The notes beneath the pieces were generated by a model. It worked only from the letters and a program-made list of their open reading frames with translations. It made no database searches and had not been told where the DNA came from. Shown here piece by piece: positions 63,570 through 64,000 of a stretch of 64,000 nucleotides of DNA; positions within the stretch are counted from its first letter, which is position 1; every line of letters starts with the position of its first letter. The stretch comes from Botryllus schlosseri (lineage: Eukaryota). The translations under genes were made by a program, and so were the position numbers. The stretch is from positions 14,260,001 to 14,324,000 of the forward strand of contig CM119381.1 of the NCBI GenBank assembly GCA_051294905.1, in the 5' to 3' direction.

Positions 63570-64000
63570 TAACATGATCGCTCTACAGTGGAAGAAATAA
63601 AGGGCGTCGAATCTTGAAATCATAACGAATAAAACTGATACCTAGCACACTAATCACACACCAAGTCGTGACTTCCGACAACAACCTAATAGGGCCAAGA
63701 TCCGAGGATGAAGATTCTCTGTTAAGACTAAGTAACATGATCGCTCTACAGTGGTAAAAATAAAGAGCATCGAATCTTGAAATCAGAACGAATAAAACTA
63801 TTACCTAGCACACTAATCACACGCCGAGTCTCGACTTCTGACAGCAACCTAATAGGGACAAGATCCGAGGATGAAGATTCTCTGTTAAGACTAAGTAACA
63901 TGATCGTTCTTCAGTGGTAAAAATAAAGAGCGTCGAATATTGAAATCAAAAGGAATAAAACTGATACCTAGCACACTAATCACACGCCGAGTCTCGACTT
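63570..64000. repeat. 163-bp tandem repeat (at least 2.6 units, runs off the window)
   Basis: TAACATGATCG unit starts at 63570, 63733 and 63896; units differ by scattered substitutions. Confidence 0.93.

Overview
AT-rich eukaryotic (animal) genomic DNA with many short GT-AG introns, not prokaryotic. An invertebrate chordate such as a tunicate is my guess, by inference only. All recognisable genes lie on the minus strand. From the right: (1) a complete 16-exon CIROP/LMLN2-like M8 metallopeptidase, 51268-62550, 870 aa as I splice it; (2) a ~24-kb DNAAF8 (C16orf71/Daap1)-like gene with 4-5 NDK-like repeats, 23041-47002; (3,4) two tandem puromycin-sensitive M1 aminopeptidase paralogues with intronless CDSs, 17114-19726 and 13416-16049; (5) a 9-exon RNase T2, 8951-11304; (6) the 5' part of an hnRNP U/UL1 gene, 6321 to beyond base 1, with a GC-AG intron. 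A possible unidentified gene lies at ~6700-8520. Introns and spacers are full of non-autonomous hAT elements (seven with perfect 8-bp target-site duplications), tRNA-derived SINEs, a CR1/L2-type LINE fossil, a Chapaev-like transposase fossil, a 151-bp palindrome and a 163-bp tandem repeat. Gene names come from motif recall and manual splicing; no database search was run.
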